A DNA stretch of 64,000 nt from Myxococcota bacterium (lineage in GTDB: Bacteria; Myxococcota_A; UBA9160; UBA4427). The position numbers were made by a program, and so were the translations under genes. Positions within the stretch are counted from its first letter, which is position 1. Each line of letters starts with the position of its first letter. Positions 37,558 through 47,508 of this stretch are shown here, in pieces. Location: positions 19,217 to 83,216 of the forward strand of contig JAYZFK010000006.1 in NCBI GenBank assembly GCA_036336835.1, given 5' to 3'. A model generated the notes under the pieces. It made no database searches. It was given only the letters and a program-made list of their open reading frames with translations, and was not told the origin of the DNA.

Positions 37558-38235
37558 ATGTTGTACGCCGTCGCCGATATTCACGGTGAACTCGAGAAGC
37601 TCGAGGAGCTTCTCGAGCTGCTGCCCCTGGTGCAGGGCGACCGACTCATCATGCTGGGCGACTACATCGATCGCGGCCCCGATTCCTGCGGCGTGATCGA
37701 GTACCTGATCGAATTCGCCGAGCGATGGCCCTGCAGCTTCCTGCTGGGCAATCACGAGTCGATGTTCCTCGATTTTCTCGGCTGGACTGACGAGGCCTAC
37801 TTCGGCGGGGACGCCTTCCTGCTCAACGGTGGCGACCGAACGCTCGCGAGCTACGGCTACTTCGATCGAGAGCTGCCGGATCGGGACAGCTTCAAGCTGC
37901 CGAAGGTGCACGAGGACTTCCTGCTGTCGCTCGAGCGCTTCCACATCGATGGCGACTACGTGTTCGTGCACGCCGGGATCGGAGTCTCGCAGCTGCAGCT
38001 CGACGACCCGGGCTACGCGCTGCGCAAGACACGTTGCGAAGATCTGCTGTGGAACCGCACCAGCTGCGATCTGCCGCATCGGCTGGGCGCCACGGTCATC
38101 TACGGGCATACGCCGTCGGCGGACTTCAGCGTTCGCTGGAATCTCCCCTATTCGATCGGGCTCGACACTGGCGCGGTCTACGGCGGCCCGCTGACGGCGA
38201 TCCGGCTCCCCGACGAGACGATCTTCCAGGTCTAG
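37558..38235 (+). CDS. Calcineurin-like metallophosphoesterase (Ser/Thr phosphatase family)
   Basis: DIHG, GDYIDRG, GNHE, HAG, GHT, DTG. Confidence 0.93.
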   Translation: MLYAVADIHGELEKLEELLELLPLVQGDRLIMLGDYIDRGPDSCGVIEYLIEFAERWPCSFLLGNHESMFLDFLGWTDEAYFGGDAFLLNGGDRTLASYGYFDRELPDRDSFKLPKVHEDFLLSLERFHIDGDYVFVHAGIGVSQLQLDDPGYALRKTRCEDLLWNRTSCDLPHRLGATVIYGHTPSADFSVRWNLPYSIGLDTGAVYGGPLTAIRLPDETIFQV

Positions 38236-38257
38236 TAGGCGACGGTCGCCGGCGACG

Positions 38258-39241
38258 TCAGGGTCGGTAGAAGATGATCTGGCTTCCGTCCCGATCGAAG
38301 CCGAAGCGCATCTGACGCAGGCCCGGCAGCTGGTGCGCGATCGCTTCGTGACGATCGGGCGGCGCGAAGAACATCAGGAATCCGCCACTGCCCGCGCCCA
38401 GCAGCTTTCCGCCCGTAGCGCCCGCCGTGCGCGCCGCCTCGTACCACTCGTCGATCTGCGAATCGCTGATCTCCTCGAGTAGCCCGCGCTTGAGCATCCA
38501 GTTCTCGTGCAGGATCTCGCCGAACAGGCCGAGGTCGTCACGTTCGAGTCCGACCTTGAGGTCGTGCGCCAGCGCCACCATCTGCTTGAGCGTCTCCTGG
38601 GCTCGCTCCTCACTCGCAGTTCTGGCCGATTGCTTGGCGAGCAGCTCCGATGCGCTCCGGCTGCGGCCGGTGTAGAAGACGGTGGTGTGGCTCTGCAGTT
38701 GCTCGAGTGTGTCGCGCGAGCAGATGATCGGGTCGATCGACACGGTCTCGTCCGGGTGGAAGCGGATGTAGCTGAGTCCGCCGAAGGCGGCGGCATACTG
38801 ATCCTGCTTGCCGATCGGCTCACCGCAGATGTCGATCTCGATGTGGCAGGCCTCTCGCGCCAGCTGCTCGGCCGAGGCGTAGCGCTGTGCGAAGCCGTAG
38901 AGGGCGTGCAGCAGGCCGACCGTGAACGAGCTGGACGAGCCGAGCCCGGTGCCGCGCGAGGGGATGTCGGCCATCGACGACATCTCGACGCCGCCCTCGA
39001 TGCCCACCTGTCGCAGCGCAGCTCGAATCAACGGGTGCTCGATGTCGCTCGCTCGCTCGACTTCCTCGGTGCGGGAGTAGCTCGCCCGCACGCCCGAATC
39101 GAACTTCTCGTTGACGGTGATGTACATGTACTTGTCGATGCTGGTCGACACGACCGCACCGCCGAACATTCGGTAGAAGGCGGGCAGGTCGCTCCCTCCG
39201 CCGACGAAACTCATCCGCATGGGCGTCTTGCTGATGATCAT
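38258..39241 (-). CDS. hddA: GHMP kinase, D-glycero-alpha-D-manno-heptose-7-phosphate kinase-like
   Basis: KTPMRMSFVGGGSD, GTGLGSSS, GKQDQY, GKLLGAGSGG. Confidence 0.85.
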   Translation of the reverse strand: MIISKTPMRMSFVGGGSDLPAFYRMFGGAVVSTSIDKYMYITVNEKFDSGVRASYSRTEEVERASDIEHPLIRAALRQVGIEGGVEMSSMADIPSRGTGLGSSSSFTVGLLHALYGFAQRYASAEQLAREACHIEIDICGEPIGKQDQYAAAFGGLSYIRFHPDETVSIDPIICSRDTLEQLQSHTTVFYTGRSRSASELLAKQSARTASEERAQETLKQMVALAHDLKVGLERDDLGLFGEILHENWMLKRGLLEEISDSQIDEWYEAARTAGATGGKLLGAGSGGFLMFFAPPDRHEAIAHQLPGLRQMRFGFDRDGSQIIFYRP

Positions 39242-41139
39242 GGTCTCGGCTCCCGAATGACGATATCCGCAACCGCCGCGGTCCGTCGGATGAACGGGTG
39301 CTCGTCGGCTTCGCGCTGGTTGTAGAGGCGTTCGATCGATGCGGCATCCAGGCCGCGCCAACGGTACTCCCGGTCGAAGCGCCGGCGACGCTCGCCCTCG
39401 CTGCAGTCTACGTAGAATTGGCAGCGCGCGCGGACGACGAGCGCGTCGATCGCCAGCGCGGGAACGCCCTCGACGATGACGACGTCATCGGACTCGATAC
39501 GCAGCGCCCCCTGCGGCGCGAGGCGCGTGCGAGTCCGGCGGTCGTAGCCGGCCAGCGCGAGCTCGATCGCAGCGCGTCGTCCGCTCAGTCGAGCCGCGAA
39601 GGCGTCGATGGCGGCGGTGTCGAAGCGCCCGAGGACGTGCCCGAGAGTGCGATCCGCCTCCGAGCGCAGCCAGGCGTCGAGCGGAATGCAGACCGCCCGC
39701 TGATGCCGCCGGCCGAGGGCCTCGCGGAAGATCGACGCCCAGGTGCTCTTGCCCGAGCGCCCCAGTCCCCCGAGCACCACCAGATCGCCCGCGTGGCAGT
39801 CGGCCAGCCAGCCCGTCGCGCGCGCGACAGCGGGCTCGAACGCATCGAGCATGAAATCGGTGGCCTCGGCGAGGTCGAAGAACTCGTAGTCGGGCCGGGC
39901 CGCGTACTGGCCATCCTCGCCCGCGTGTCCGGTGCGCACCAGCAGCGCGCGCAGGCCGGCGTTGCGCGCCAGCTGGAGGTCGGCGGTGCGGTCGCCAACC
40001 ATCCAGGAGTCGGCGGTGTCGATCTGCAGCTGCTCGGCGGCACGTTCGATCAAACCGATCGCGGGCTTGCGGCAGCTGCACTCGCGCTTGAGCTCTGGGC
40101 GCTCGCCCGCGAAGCCCTTGTCGGGGTGGTGCGGGCAATAGTAGATGGCGTCGAGGTAGGCCCCCTCCGCTCCGAGCAGCGTCTCGAGCTTGGCGTGGAT
40201 GCGATCGAGCTCGGTTTCGCTGCACTCGCCGCGCGCGATCACCGGCTGATTGGTGATCAGCACTGCAAGACGCCCCGCGCGGTTCATCCGCCGGATCGGC
40301 GCAGGGGTGTCCGGCAGCAGCTCGAGCAGCTCGGCGTCGGCGAGATGGTTCTTCTCGATGTTCAGTGTTCCGTCGCGGTCGAGGAAGATGGCCGGTGCTC
40401 GGTTGCGCAGCGCCAGCCGCTCGACCAGCCCCGAGCGCACGTCCTCCTCGACCCGGGCCAGCCGATCGGGCGTGCCCATGTCCTTGATGTACTCGCGGCT
40501 GCGGTAGCTGTGGATCGCCACACCCGCCTCCAGCAGCCGCGGAAACAGGTGGTGGGCGAAGTCGAGCGGCTCGCGCGGCGGAGCCCACGGCTCGAGGGCC
40601 GCGCGATCCAGCACGTAGAGCGCTGCGTTGACGAGGTTGGGCAGGTGGAGCTCGGGGGGCCTCGGGTGCGGGTGGAAGGCCGTGACCGCGCCGTGGGGGT
40701 CGACTGCCACGAGGTCCGAGTCGTGCGGGTGGTCGTTCGGGTGGACGAACAGCGTGACGGCGGCTCTGCTCTCCGCGTGGCGACGCCACATGCGGTCGAG
40801 ATCCACGTCGAAGATGGTGTCTCCATAGGCGACGACGAAGCGCTCGGCCAGCGCGGGAAGCGCCGCCAGCACTGCGCCGGCCGTGCCGAGTGGCTCGCGC
40901 TCGACGTGATAGCCGATGCGCACCCCGAAGCGCGCGCCGTCGCCGAGGGCGGCCTGGATCGCCTCGGCGCGGTGGTGGATCAGCAGCTGGACGTCTTCGA
41001 AGCCGTGATCGCGGGCGAGCGCGAGCTGGTGTTCGAGCACGGGGCGCGCGGCGATGTCGGCGAGCGGCTTCGGCCGGTCACCGAGCTCGAGGGCCAGCCG
41101 GGTGCCGAGCCCGCCTGCCAGAATGACGAGCTGCTTCAA
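39238..41139 (-). CDS. Fusion: nucleotidyltransferase (HddC-like) + HAD-IIIA phosphatase (GmhB-like) + P-loop kinase
   Basis: LAGGLGTRL..PKP, EPLGTAG; FLDRDGTL, TNQ, CPHHP..CSCRKP, MVGD; GLGRSGKST, IVEGV; TTG start overlapping the upstream stop. Confidence 0.88.
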   Translation of the reverse strand: MKQLVILAGGLGTRLALELGDRPKPLADIAARPVLEHQLALARDHGFEDVQLLIHHRAEAIQAALGDGARFGVRIGYHVEREPLGTAGAVLAALPALAERFVVAYGDTIFDVDLDRMWRRHAESRAAVTLFVHPNDHPHDSDLVAVDPHGAVTAFHPHPRPPELHLPNLVNAALYVLDRAALEPWAPPREPLDFAHHLFPRLLEAGVAIHSYRSREYIKDMGTPDRLARVEEDVRSGLVERLALRNRAPAIFLDRDGTLNIEKNHLADAELLELLPDTPAPIRRMNRAGRLAVLITNQPVIARGECSETELDRIHAKLETLLGAEGAYLDAIYYCPHHPDKGFAGERPELKRECSCRKPAIGLIERAAEQLQIDTADSWMVGDRTADLQLARNAGLRALLVRTGHAGEDGQYAARPDYEFFDLAEATDFMLDAFEPAVARATGWLADCHAGDLVVLGGLGRSGKSTWASIFREALGRRHQRAVCIPLDAWLRSEADRTLGHVLGRFDTAAIDAFAARLSGRRAAIELALAGYDRRTRTRLAPQGALRIESDDVVIVEGVPALAIDALVVRARCQFYVDCSEGERRRRFDREYRWRGLDAASIERLYNQREADEHPFIRRTAAVADIVIREPRP

Positions 41140-42122
41140 CGCCGATCCAGGATCCAGGGGTTCGCGACCAGCCAGTCGATCGTGGCTCGCACCGATTCCT
41201 GGATCGTGTACTGCGGCGTCCAGCCCGTCGCCTGGATCTTGCTCGCGTCGAGGAACACGAACGGGTTGTCGCCGACCCAACCCTGGCGGCCGCCGGTGAG
41301 CTCGATCTCGGGATCGACTCCGAGGTGATCGCAGATCCAGCGCACTGAGTCCATCAACTCGACGTACTCGGGCAGGCCGAGGTGGTAGATCTGCGTGCGA
41401 TGCGGCGCGTCGACTGCGGTGCGACCGCGCACCGCGCACAACACGGCCGACACGCAGTCCTGCACGTGGAGGTACGACTTGCGCTGTGTGCCGTCGCCGA
41501 GCACCCGCAGGCGCGTCGGGTCCTTGCGCAGCGCGCTCACGAAGTCGAAGACGTGGCCGTGCGGATAGCGCTCGCCAAGCACGGACACGAAGCGGAATCC
41601 GTAGCCTTCGAAGCCGAAGCCCTCGCAGTACGAGGAGACGAGTCCCTCGCAGGCCATCTTCGAGGCGCCGTAGAGCGACGTCTGGATCGGCACCGCGCAG
41701 CTCTCGGGCGTCGGGAACACCGAAGGCTCGCCGAGTGCTGCTGCGCTCGACGCGTAGGCGATGCCGATGATTCCGTGGCTGCGCATCGCCTCGAGCACGT
41801 TGAAGGTCGCCAGGATGTTCTGCTCGATGTCCCTGCGCGGGTGATCGAGCCCGGAGCGGATGTCGGCGTTGGCGGCGAAATGGAACACGAACTCGCAGCC
41901 CGCCATCGCATCGCGCAGGGCGGACTCGTCGAGACAATCTCCCTCGATCAATCGAAACGCCGGGTGGGCGCTCGCGGCTTCGACGAACTCGTGCTGACCG
42001 GTCGAGAAGTCATCGTACGCGACGACCTGGTGTCCGTCGGCGAGCAGACGGTCGACCAGGTTGCTGCCGATGAAGCCCGCGCCACCGGTGACGAAGCAGC
42101 GCGTTGTCGGTGCGTAGGGCAT
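41136..42122 (-). CDS. NAD-dependent sugar-nucleotide epimerase/dehydratase
   Basis: [25 protein letters not shown]. Confidence 0.93.
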   Translation of the reverse strand: MPYAPTTRCFVTGGAGFIGSNLVDRLLADGHQVVAYDDFSTGQHEFVEAASAHPAFRLIEGDCLDESALRDAMAGCEFVFHFAANADIRSGLDHPRRDIEQNILATFNVLEAMRSHGIIGIAYASSAAALGEPSVFPTPESCAVPIQTSLYGASKMACEGLVSSYCEGFGFEGYGFRFVSVLGERYPHGHVFDFVSALRKDPTRLRVLGDGTQRKSYLHVQDCVSAVLCAVRGRTAVDAPHRTQIYHLGLPEYVELMDSVRWICDHLGVDPEIELTGGRQGWVGDNPFVFLDASKIQATGWTPQYTIQESVRATIDWLVANPWILDRR

Positions 42123-42322
42123 GGCGGCTTCGTGTCTTGGCTGGCGGCGCCGATCAGGGAGCCTCGTGCCGCCGACAGGACGAGGAGGGGTCGGCTCGTC
42201 GCGGTGGGCGCGAGCAGGCTACACGCTCCCACCTGGGTCGTCCAGCGTGTCGTGGGTTTCGCTATGGTCGATCCGGCTCCCGTGCGTGTACGACGACCCC
42301 GGGCGGTCGTGCGAGGCCGGCG

Positions 42323-44044
42323 ATGAAACTGGTTCGCTACTTCGTCGCGGCCTATCCGCGTCAGAGCGCCATCACACTTGCGTGCCTGATCGCGGCGGCG
42401 CTCGCGGAAGGGCTCGGGCTGATGATGTTCGTCCCGCTGGTGGCGATCGTCACCGGCCGAGACGGCGGCGCGATCCCGATCGCGGGGCAGGGCGTCGCGG
42501 AGACTCTCGAGAGCGCGCTCGGCGCGCTCGGTCTGCCCTTTACGTTGCCCACCGTCGGGGTCGTGATCGCGATGTTGCTGTGGCTGAAGGCGGGCCTGGT
42601 GCTGGTGTCGATGCGCCGGGTCGGCAATACGGTCGCCTGGATCGCGACGGATCTCCGCCTGGAGGTGCTCGAGCAGCTGTTCGCGGCGCGTTGGAGCTAC
42701 TTCAGCGGCCAGTCGATCGGTCGTCTCGCCAACTCGATCGCTACCGAGGCGTCGCGCGCCGCCAGCGCCTACCACCAGCTGGCCCTGGCGGCCAAGTTCA
42801 CGACGCTGAGCCTGGTCGCGCTGGCCGTGGCCGTGTGGCTCTCGTGGCAGCTCGCGTTGCTCACGATGGCCGGCTGGGCAGTGATCGGCACCGGGCTGAA
42901 CGTGCTGGTGCGGATGTCCCGGCGCGCCGGCCAGAAGCAGACGACCGTGGTCAACTCGCTGCTGAGTCGGCTGTCGGATGCGTTGCTCAACCTGAAGCTG
43001 CTCAAGACGATGAAGCGCGAGCATCTGATCGAGCCACTGCTCACCCGGGACACCGACCGGCTGCATAAGGCCCTGCGCAAGCAGGTCCTGGCACAGGAGG
43101 CGCTGAACGCGCTGCAGGAGCCGCTGATCTTCGGAATCCTGGTCGCGACCGTGATCGTCTCGCGGTCTGCCGGACTGCTCCAGGTCGAGGAGTTGACGGT
43201 GATGCTGTTCGCGCTGATTCGCAGCCTGTCCGGCGCGACCAAGGTGCAGCGGCGCTACCAGCTGGCCGCGACCAACGCCCCGGCGCTCGACTCGCTGCGC
43301 GAGCTCGTCGCGAGTGCCGCCGCCGCGGCGGAGGATCTGCCGGTCGGGCGGGCGCCCACGCTCGAGCGCGCGATCGAGCTGAGCGGAATCCGCTTTTCGT
43401 ACCAGGAGCAGCCGGTACTCGACGGGGTCGATCTCGAGATCCCTGCCGGCAAGATCACGGCGCTGGTCGGCAGCTCGGGCGGTGGCAAGACCACCATCAC
43501 AGATCTCGTCACGGGGTTGATCCGCCCGGATGCCGGCACGGTGTGCATCGACGGTGTCCCGCTCGAAGAGCTCGACGTGACCGCCTGGCGACTGCGCATC
43601 GGTTACGTGCCGCAGGAGCTGGTACTGCTGCACGACAGTATTCGCACCAACGTGACCTTCGGCGACCCGGAGATCGACGATGCGGCGGTCGAGCAGGCGC
43701 TGCGGGCGGCGGGGGTGTGGGACCTGGTGAGTACGCTGCCCGGCGGGCTCGACGCGTCGGTCGGCGAGCGCGGCACGCTGCTGTCGGGGGGCCAGCGCGC
43801 ACGCATCGGGCTCGCGCGCGCGCTGGCGGCGCAGCCCGTGCTGCTGGTGCTCGACGAGGCAACCGCCTCGCTCGATCCGGAGGCCGAGGCCGTGGTGCTC
43901 GAGACGCTCGAGCGGCTCCGCGGGAACGTGACCGTGCTTGCGATCGCGCACCAGCCGGCGCTGCGCGTGGTGGCCGACCGCGTCTACCGGCTCGAGGGCG
44001 GGCGTGTCGAGCGCGTCGAACGCGGCGAGCTGATCGCGAGCTGA
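42323..44044 (+). CDS. ABC exporter, fused permease/ATPase (MsbA-like)
   Basis: N-terminal TM helices; GSSGGGKTT, LSGGQ, LDEAT, AH. Confidence 0.92.
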   Translation: MKLVRYFVAAYPRQSAITLACLIAAALAEGLGLMMFVPLVAIVTGRDGGAIPIAGQGVAETLESALGALGLPFTLPTVGVVIAMLLWLKAGLVLVSMRRVGNTVAWIATDLRLEVLEQLFAARWSYFSGQSIGRLANSIATEASRAASAYHQLALAAKFTTLSLVALAVAVWLSWQLALLTMAGWAVIGTGLNVLVRMSRRAGQKQTTVVNSLLSRLSDALLNLKLLKTMKREHLIEPLLTRDTDRLHKALRKQVLAQEALNALQEPLIFGILVATVIVSRSAGLLQVEELTVMLFALIRSLSGATKVQRRYQLAATNAPALDSLRELVASAAAAAEDLPVGRAPTLERAIELSGIRFSYQEQPVLDGVDLEIPAGKITALVGSSGGGKTTITDLVTGLIRPDAGTVCIDGVPLEELDVTAWRLRIGYVPQELVLLHDSIRTNVTFGDPEIDDAAVEQALRAAGVWDLVSTLPGGLDASVGERGTLLSGGQRARIGLARALAAQPVLLVLDEATASLDPEAEAVVLETLERLRGNVTVLAIAHQPALRVVADRVYRLEGGRVERVERGELIAS

Positions 44045-44051
44045 AGTCGGG

Positions 44052-45059
44052 CTAGGGCTGGTCGAGGACCGAGAAGCCGCTGCCGATCAGATCCTGGATG
44101 TCGATCATTCCGAGCAGGATGCCGTCGTCGTCGACCACCGGGACCTCGTCGATCCCGTGCTCGCGTATCAGGTTCAGCGCATCCCCGACCCGGTCATTGC
44201 CGTTCACGCACTTGGGCTGGGTCGTCATCAGTCCGTCGACCCGCCGTTCGGCGAGCCGCTCGAGGTTGTCGAAGAAGCGGAAGAAATCGCCCTGCGTGAG
44301 GATGCCCCTCAGGTGCCCCGTACCGTCGATCACGACGGCGGCACCGGCGCGGCGCGGCGCTTTGATCATCACCTCGTAGCACTCGGCCAATGTCGCGCTC
44401 TCTTGCACCGTGGGGCAGTCAGTGCCCCGCCGCATGATCTCTCGCGCCTGCATCAGCGAGCGTCCGAGCGCACCGCCGGGATGGCGGTTGGCGTAGTCCT
44501 GCCTGCCGAACGAACGCAGCTCCATCACGGTGAGCGCGAGCGCATCGCCAAGCGCGAGCATCGCCGCGGTCGACGAACTCGGTGCCAGTCCGAGCGGGCA
44601 CGCCTCGGGCGTGTCGCCGATGTTGAGCACGATGTCGGCATGTTGCGCGGCCTTTGAGTCGGGCGTAGCCGTCAGCAGGATCACCTTGCAGCCGATCTCG
44701 CGCACCAGTGGCAGTACACGCACCAGCTCCGAGCCGCCGCTCTTGCTGAGCCCGATCACCACATCGTCGGGGCACACCATGCCGAGGTCGCCGTGGAGCG
44801 CCTCGACTGGGTGCAGCGTGTAGCTCTGCGTGCCTGTGCTCGCGAACGTGGCGGAGATCTTGTCGCCCACCAGCCGTGCCTTGCCGACCCCGGTCACGCA
44901 CACGCGGCCCCGCGCATCGAGTGCCTGGATCACGATCTCGGTGGCCGCGGTGAACTCGTCGCCGAGGTGCCGCTCGGCGCTGCGGATGGCCTCCGACTCG
45001 GCTCGCAGCACGCCACGGGCGCGCGAAAGCGCCAGCTTGCGCTGTGCGTCGTTCAACAT
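44052..45059 (-). CDS. kdsD: Arabinose-5-phosphate isomerase (KpsF/GutQ; SIS plus CBS pair)
   Basis: TGVGK, HGDLG, SKSG, EACPLGLAP, HPGGALG, CBS domains. Confidence 0.93.
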   Translation of the reverse strand: MLNDAQRKLALSRARGVLRAESEAIRSAERHLGDEFTAATEIVIQALDARGRVCVTGVGKARLVGDKISATFASTGTQSYTLHPVEALHGDLGMVCPDDVVIGLSKSGGSELVRVLPLVREIGCKVILLTATPDSKAAQHADIVLNIGDTPEACPLGLAPSSSTAAMLALGDALALTVMELRSFGRQDYANRHPGGALGRSLMQAREIMRRGTDCPTVQESATLAECYEVMIKAPRRAGAAVVIDGTGHLRGILTQGDFFRFFDNLERLAERRVDGLMTTQPKCVNGNDRVGDALNLIREHGIDEVPVVDDDGILLGMIDIQDLIGSGFSVLDQP

Positions 45060-45543
45060 GGGAAGCTCCCGCGCATGGCGGCGCGAGGGTACGCCAAGTC
45101 GCGGCGGTTCGACCCGTCCCAAGCCAGCTCGAGGCGCGCGTTGACCGGGTCGGGCGAAGTCCCTTTGGGGACTGTGAGGCGGGTATCCTCCCGCCCGGAT
45201 TCTCCTTGCCGAGTCCTCCAGAGTCTCCCCAGGGAACCAGGCCATCCGCTTCGAGTGGATCCGTCAGGTCGAGTGGATGACAGCGATCCAGCCGGCAACG
45301 TCGCTCGACGCGTCTGCTGCCCCCGCAGCCGCTGATTCCGGACGCATCTCTTGCTGCCACTTCCTTTCTCAGTCGTCTCGAAGAGGATCGGGGGCGTTCG
45401 CCGGACGTCCGATCATCGGGATTCGAGGCGAAGCGAGCGCCGCGTTCCGCCCCGCTGGAGTCAGATCTCCGAGCTTGCTGCCCCACTCATGCGCTTCCGA
45501 AAAGGCAGTCCGCCCCCGTCTCGAGGCGACGATGTCTCGCGGA

Positions 45544-46662
45544 CTACTGCGGGCGCAGGAAGGCGATCGCGGCGAGGCCCTCGCCGCGCAGTGGGGTCGG
45601 CGCCTCGCCGGGCGCGAGCTGGAGCCACAGGTCGTAGGGCGCGGTCGTCCACAGCTGATGCGGCTTCTGCGAAAGGCTCCAGCGGATCAGGCCGCGCAGC
45701 GGCTGGGGGATCATGTCGAGCGGGTCCTGCTGATGGAGCAGCCGGCCCAGCGTGAGCTCGCCCCCCGCCGCCTTTCCGATGAGCCGCAGCTTCGCCTCGA
45801 CCGGATAGCGGCGCGGTGTGCCGGCCAGGCGTCCCGAGGCGTCGAGTTCGATGCGCGAGCTCTCGAGCACGGTGCGTCCGGCGCGCGTGGCGCGCAGCCA
45901 GCGTCGGACGTCGCCGTCGGGCGTCCGAAACTCGCTCAGCTGCAGGCCGAGGTCCGGCGTCAGGGTGAAGAAGTCGAGCCGGCGCACGACACGCTCTTCC
46001 TCGGGCTCGCTCGTCCAGCTGTGCGTGACGGCCCCTGTCCCCCGTATCTCGAGCGGGGCGGTCATGTCTGCCAGCTTCAGCGTGCCCTGGACCGGGGCGT
46101 TGGCCGCGAGCGTTTCGGCGGCGTAGCGATCGGGAAGCAGGCCTGGCGGGGGCCGCGCGCCTCCAGCGAGCTCGAAGCGCAGCGACAGCTGGACCGAGCT
46201 CTTGCGGACCACGAGCAGCGCGCTGTCGTCGTGCAGGTCGAGGTGGCACTTGTTGATGTCGAGCTTCAGGCGGTCGTCCGACAGCTGCCAGCGGGAGCGT
46301 CGCCGTCCGTTGCGGAACGCCTGCCGCTCGCCATCCGGCGTGATCACGTGTCCGAGCATCACCGCGTTGTGGCTGCCGGGCCCGACGTTCGTCAGCAGGA
46401 GGCGGGCGAACACGAAGTGGCCGCTCTCGAGCTTGGCGACGAGATCCCAGTACTCCGAGCCCTGCTTGCCGCCGGGGAGCCGGGCGGCCGGGTCGAGCGA
46501 CTCCCCGCGTGCCCCGGGCTCCGTCGGCGCGGAAGTCGGCGGGGGCGAGGAGGCGTCGGCGCTCGGCGGGTCGCCGCCCGCCTGCGTCACCGTGGCGCAG
46601 GCGAGGGCGGTGGCCGCGAGCCCGGCGGCGAGCGGTCGCGCCGCGGTGTGCCGGCTAGGCAG
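45544..46662 (-). CDS. Putative lipoprotein with AttH/lipocalin-like beta fold
   Basis: Signal/lipobox LAATALAC, SEYWDL motif, beta-rich; start uncertain (CTG after GGAGGAG). Confidence 0.65.
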   Translation of the reverse strand: MPSRHTAARPLAAGLAATALACATVTQAGGDPPSADASSPPPTSAPTEPGARGESLDPAARLPGGKQGSEYWDLVAKLESGHFVFARLLLTNVGPGSHNAVMLGHVITPDGERQAFRNGRRRSRWQLSDDRLKLDINKCHLDLHDDSALLVVRKSSVQLSLRFELAGGARPPPGLLPDRYAAETLAANAPVQGTLKLADMTAPLEIRGTGAVTHSWTSEPEEERVVRRLDFFTLTPDLGLQLSEFRTPDGDVRRWLRATRAGRTVLESSRIELDASGRLAGTPRRYPVEAKLRLIGKAAGGELTLGRLLHQQDPLDMIPQPLRGLIRWSLSQKPHQLWTTAPYDLWLQLAPGEAPTPLRGEGLAAIAFLRPQ

Positions 46663-47482
46663 ACGCTCCTCCGAGTGCGGCTTGCAGGGCGAGCGCCTCG
46701 CCGAGCAGTCGATCGAGGGCCTCGGGCGTGAGCTGACAGGCCGAGTCGACGGGCGCCGCGTCGGGATCCGGGTGTACCTCGAGGAACAGGGCGTCGATTC
46801 CGACGGCCACCGCGGCCCGCGCGAGCGGGCCGATGAACTGCCGCTTGCCGCCCGACAATCCACCCGAGGCGCCGGGCATCTGCACGGAGTGCGTGGCGTC
46901 GTAGCAGACCGCTGCGAACTCGCGCAGCTCGATCAGCCCGCGCATGTCCACCACCAGGTCGTGATAGCCGAAGCTGGTGCCGCGCTCGGTCAGCAGCACG
47001 CCGCCGTCGCCGGAAGCGCGTGCCTTGGTGGCCGCGTGTCCGAGATCCGCGGCGGCGACGAACTGACCCTTCTTGATATTGACCGGAAGCCCGGTGCGCG
47101 CGCACGCAACGACCAGATCCGTCTGCCGGCACAGGAACGCCGGCACCTGCAGGCAGTCCGCGACCTTGGCGACGGCCTCGGCTTGCTGCGGCTCGTGGAC
47201 ATCGGTGATGACGGGCAGCCCCGTCGCGCGCTTGATCGACTGGAGGATACGCAGGCCGTCCTCGATCCCCGGCCCGCGAAAGCCGTCCACCCGGGTGCGG
47301 TTCGCCTTGTCGAACGACGCCTTGAACACCAGCGGAATGCCGCGGCGCTCCGCGATCGTCTGGAGGGTCCGCGCGATCGTCAGGGCGTCATCCTCGTCCT
47401 CGAGTACGTTCAGCCCCGAGATCAGCGCGAGCGGCGCGCCGCCCCCCACCGGGACGCTCCCGATGCTCAGCTGCTCGCTCAC
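46655..47482 (-). CDS. kdsA: KDO-8-phosphate synthase
   Basis: KASFDKANRT, PAFLCRQTDL, KKGQF, ERG, DATHSVQ, EVHP. Confidence 0.96.
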   Translation of the reverse strand: MSEQLSIGSVPVGGGAPLALISGLNVLEDEDDALTIARTLQTIAERRGIPLVFKASFDKANRTRVDGFRGPGIEDGLRILQSIKRATGLPVITDVHEPQQAEAVAKVADCLQVPAFLCRQTDLVVACARTGLPVNIKKGQFVAAADLGHAATKARASGDGGVLLTERGTSFGYHDLVVDMRGLIELREFAAVCYDATHSVQMPGASGGLSGGKRQFIGPLARAAVAVGIDALFLEVHPDPDAAPVDSACQLTPEALDRLLGEALALQAALGGASA

Positions 47483-47508
47483 GTGGTTTCAAGCCTCCTC
47501 GTGCTGGA

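Noticed and set aside
45103..45126. GGCGGTTCGACCCGTC..CCA resembling a tRNA T-arm
   Set aside because: Loop length is wrong and no acceptor, D or anticodon arms can be built
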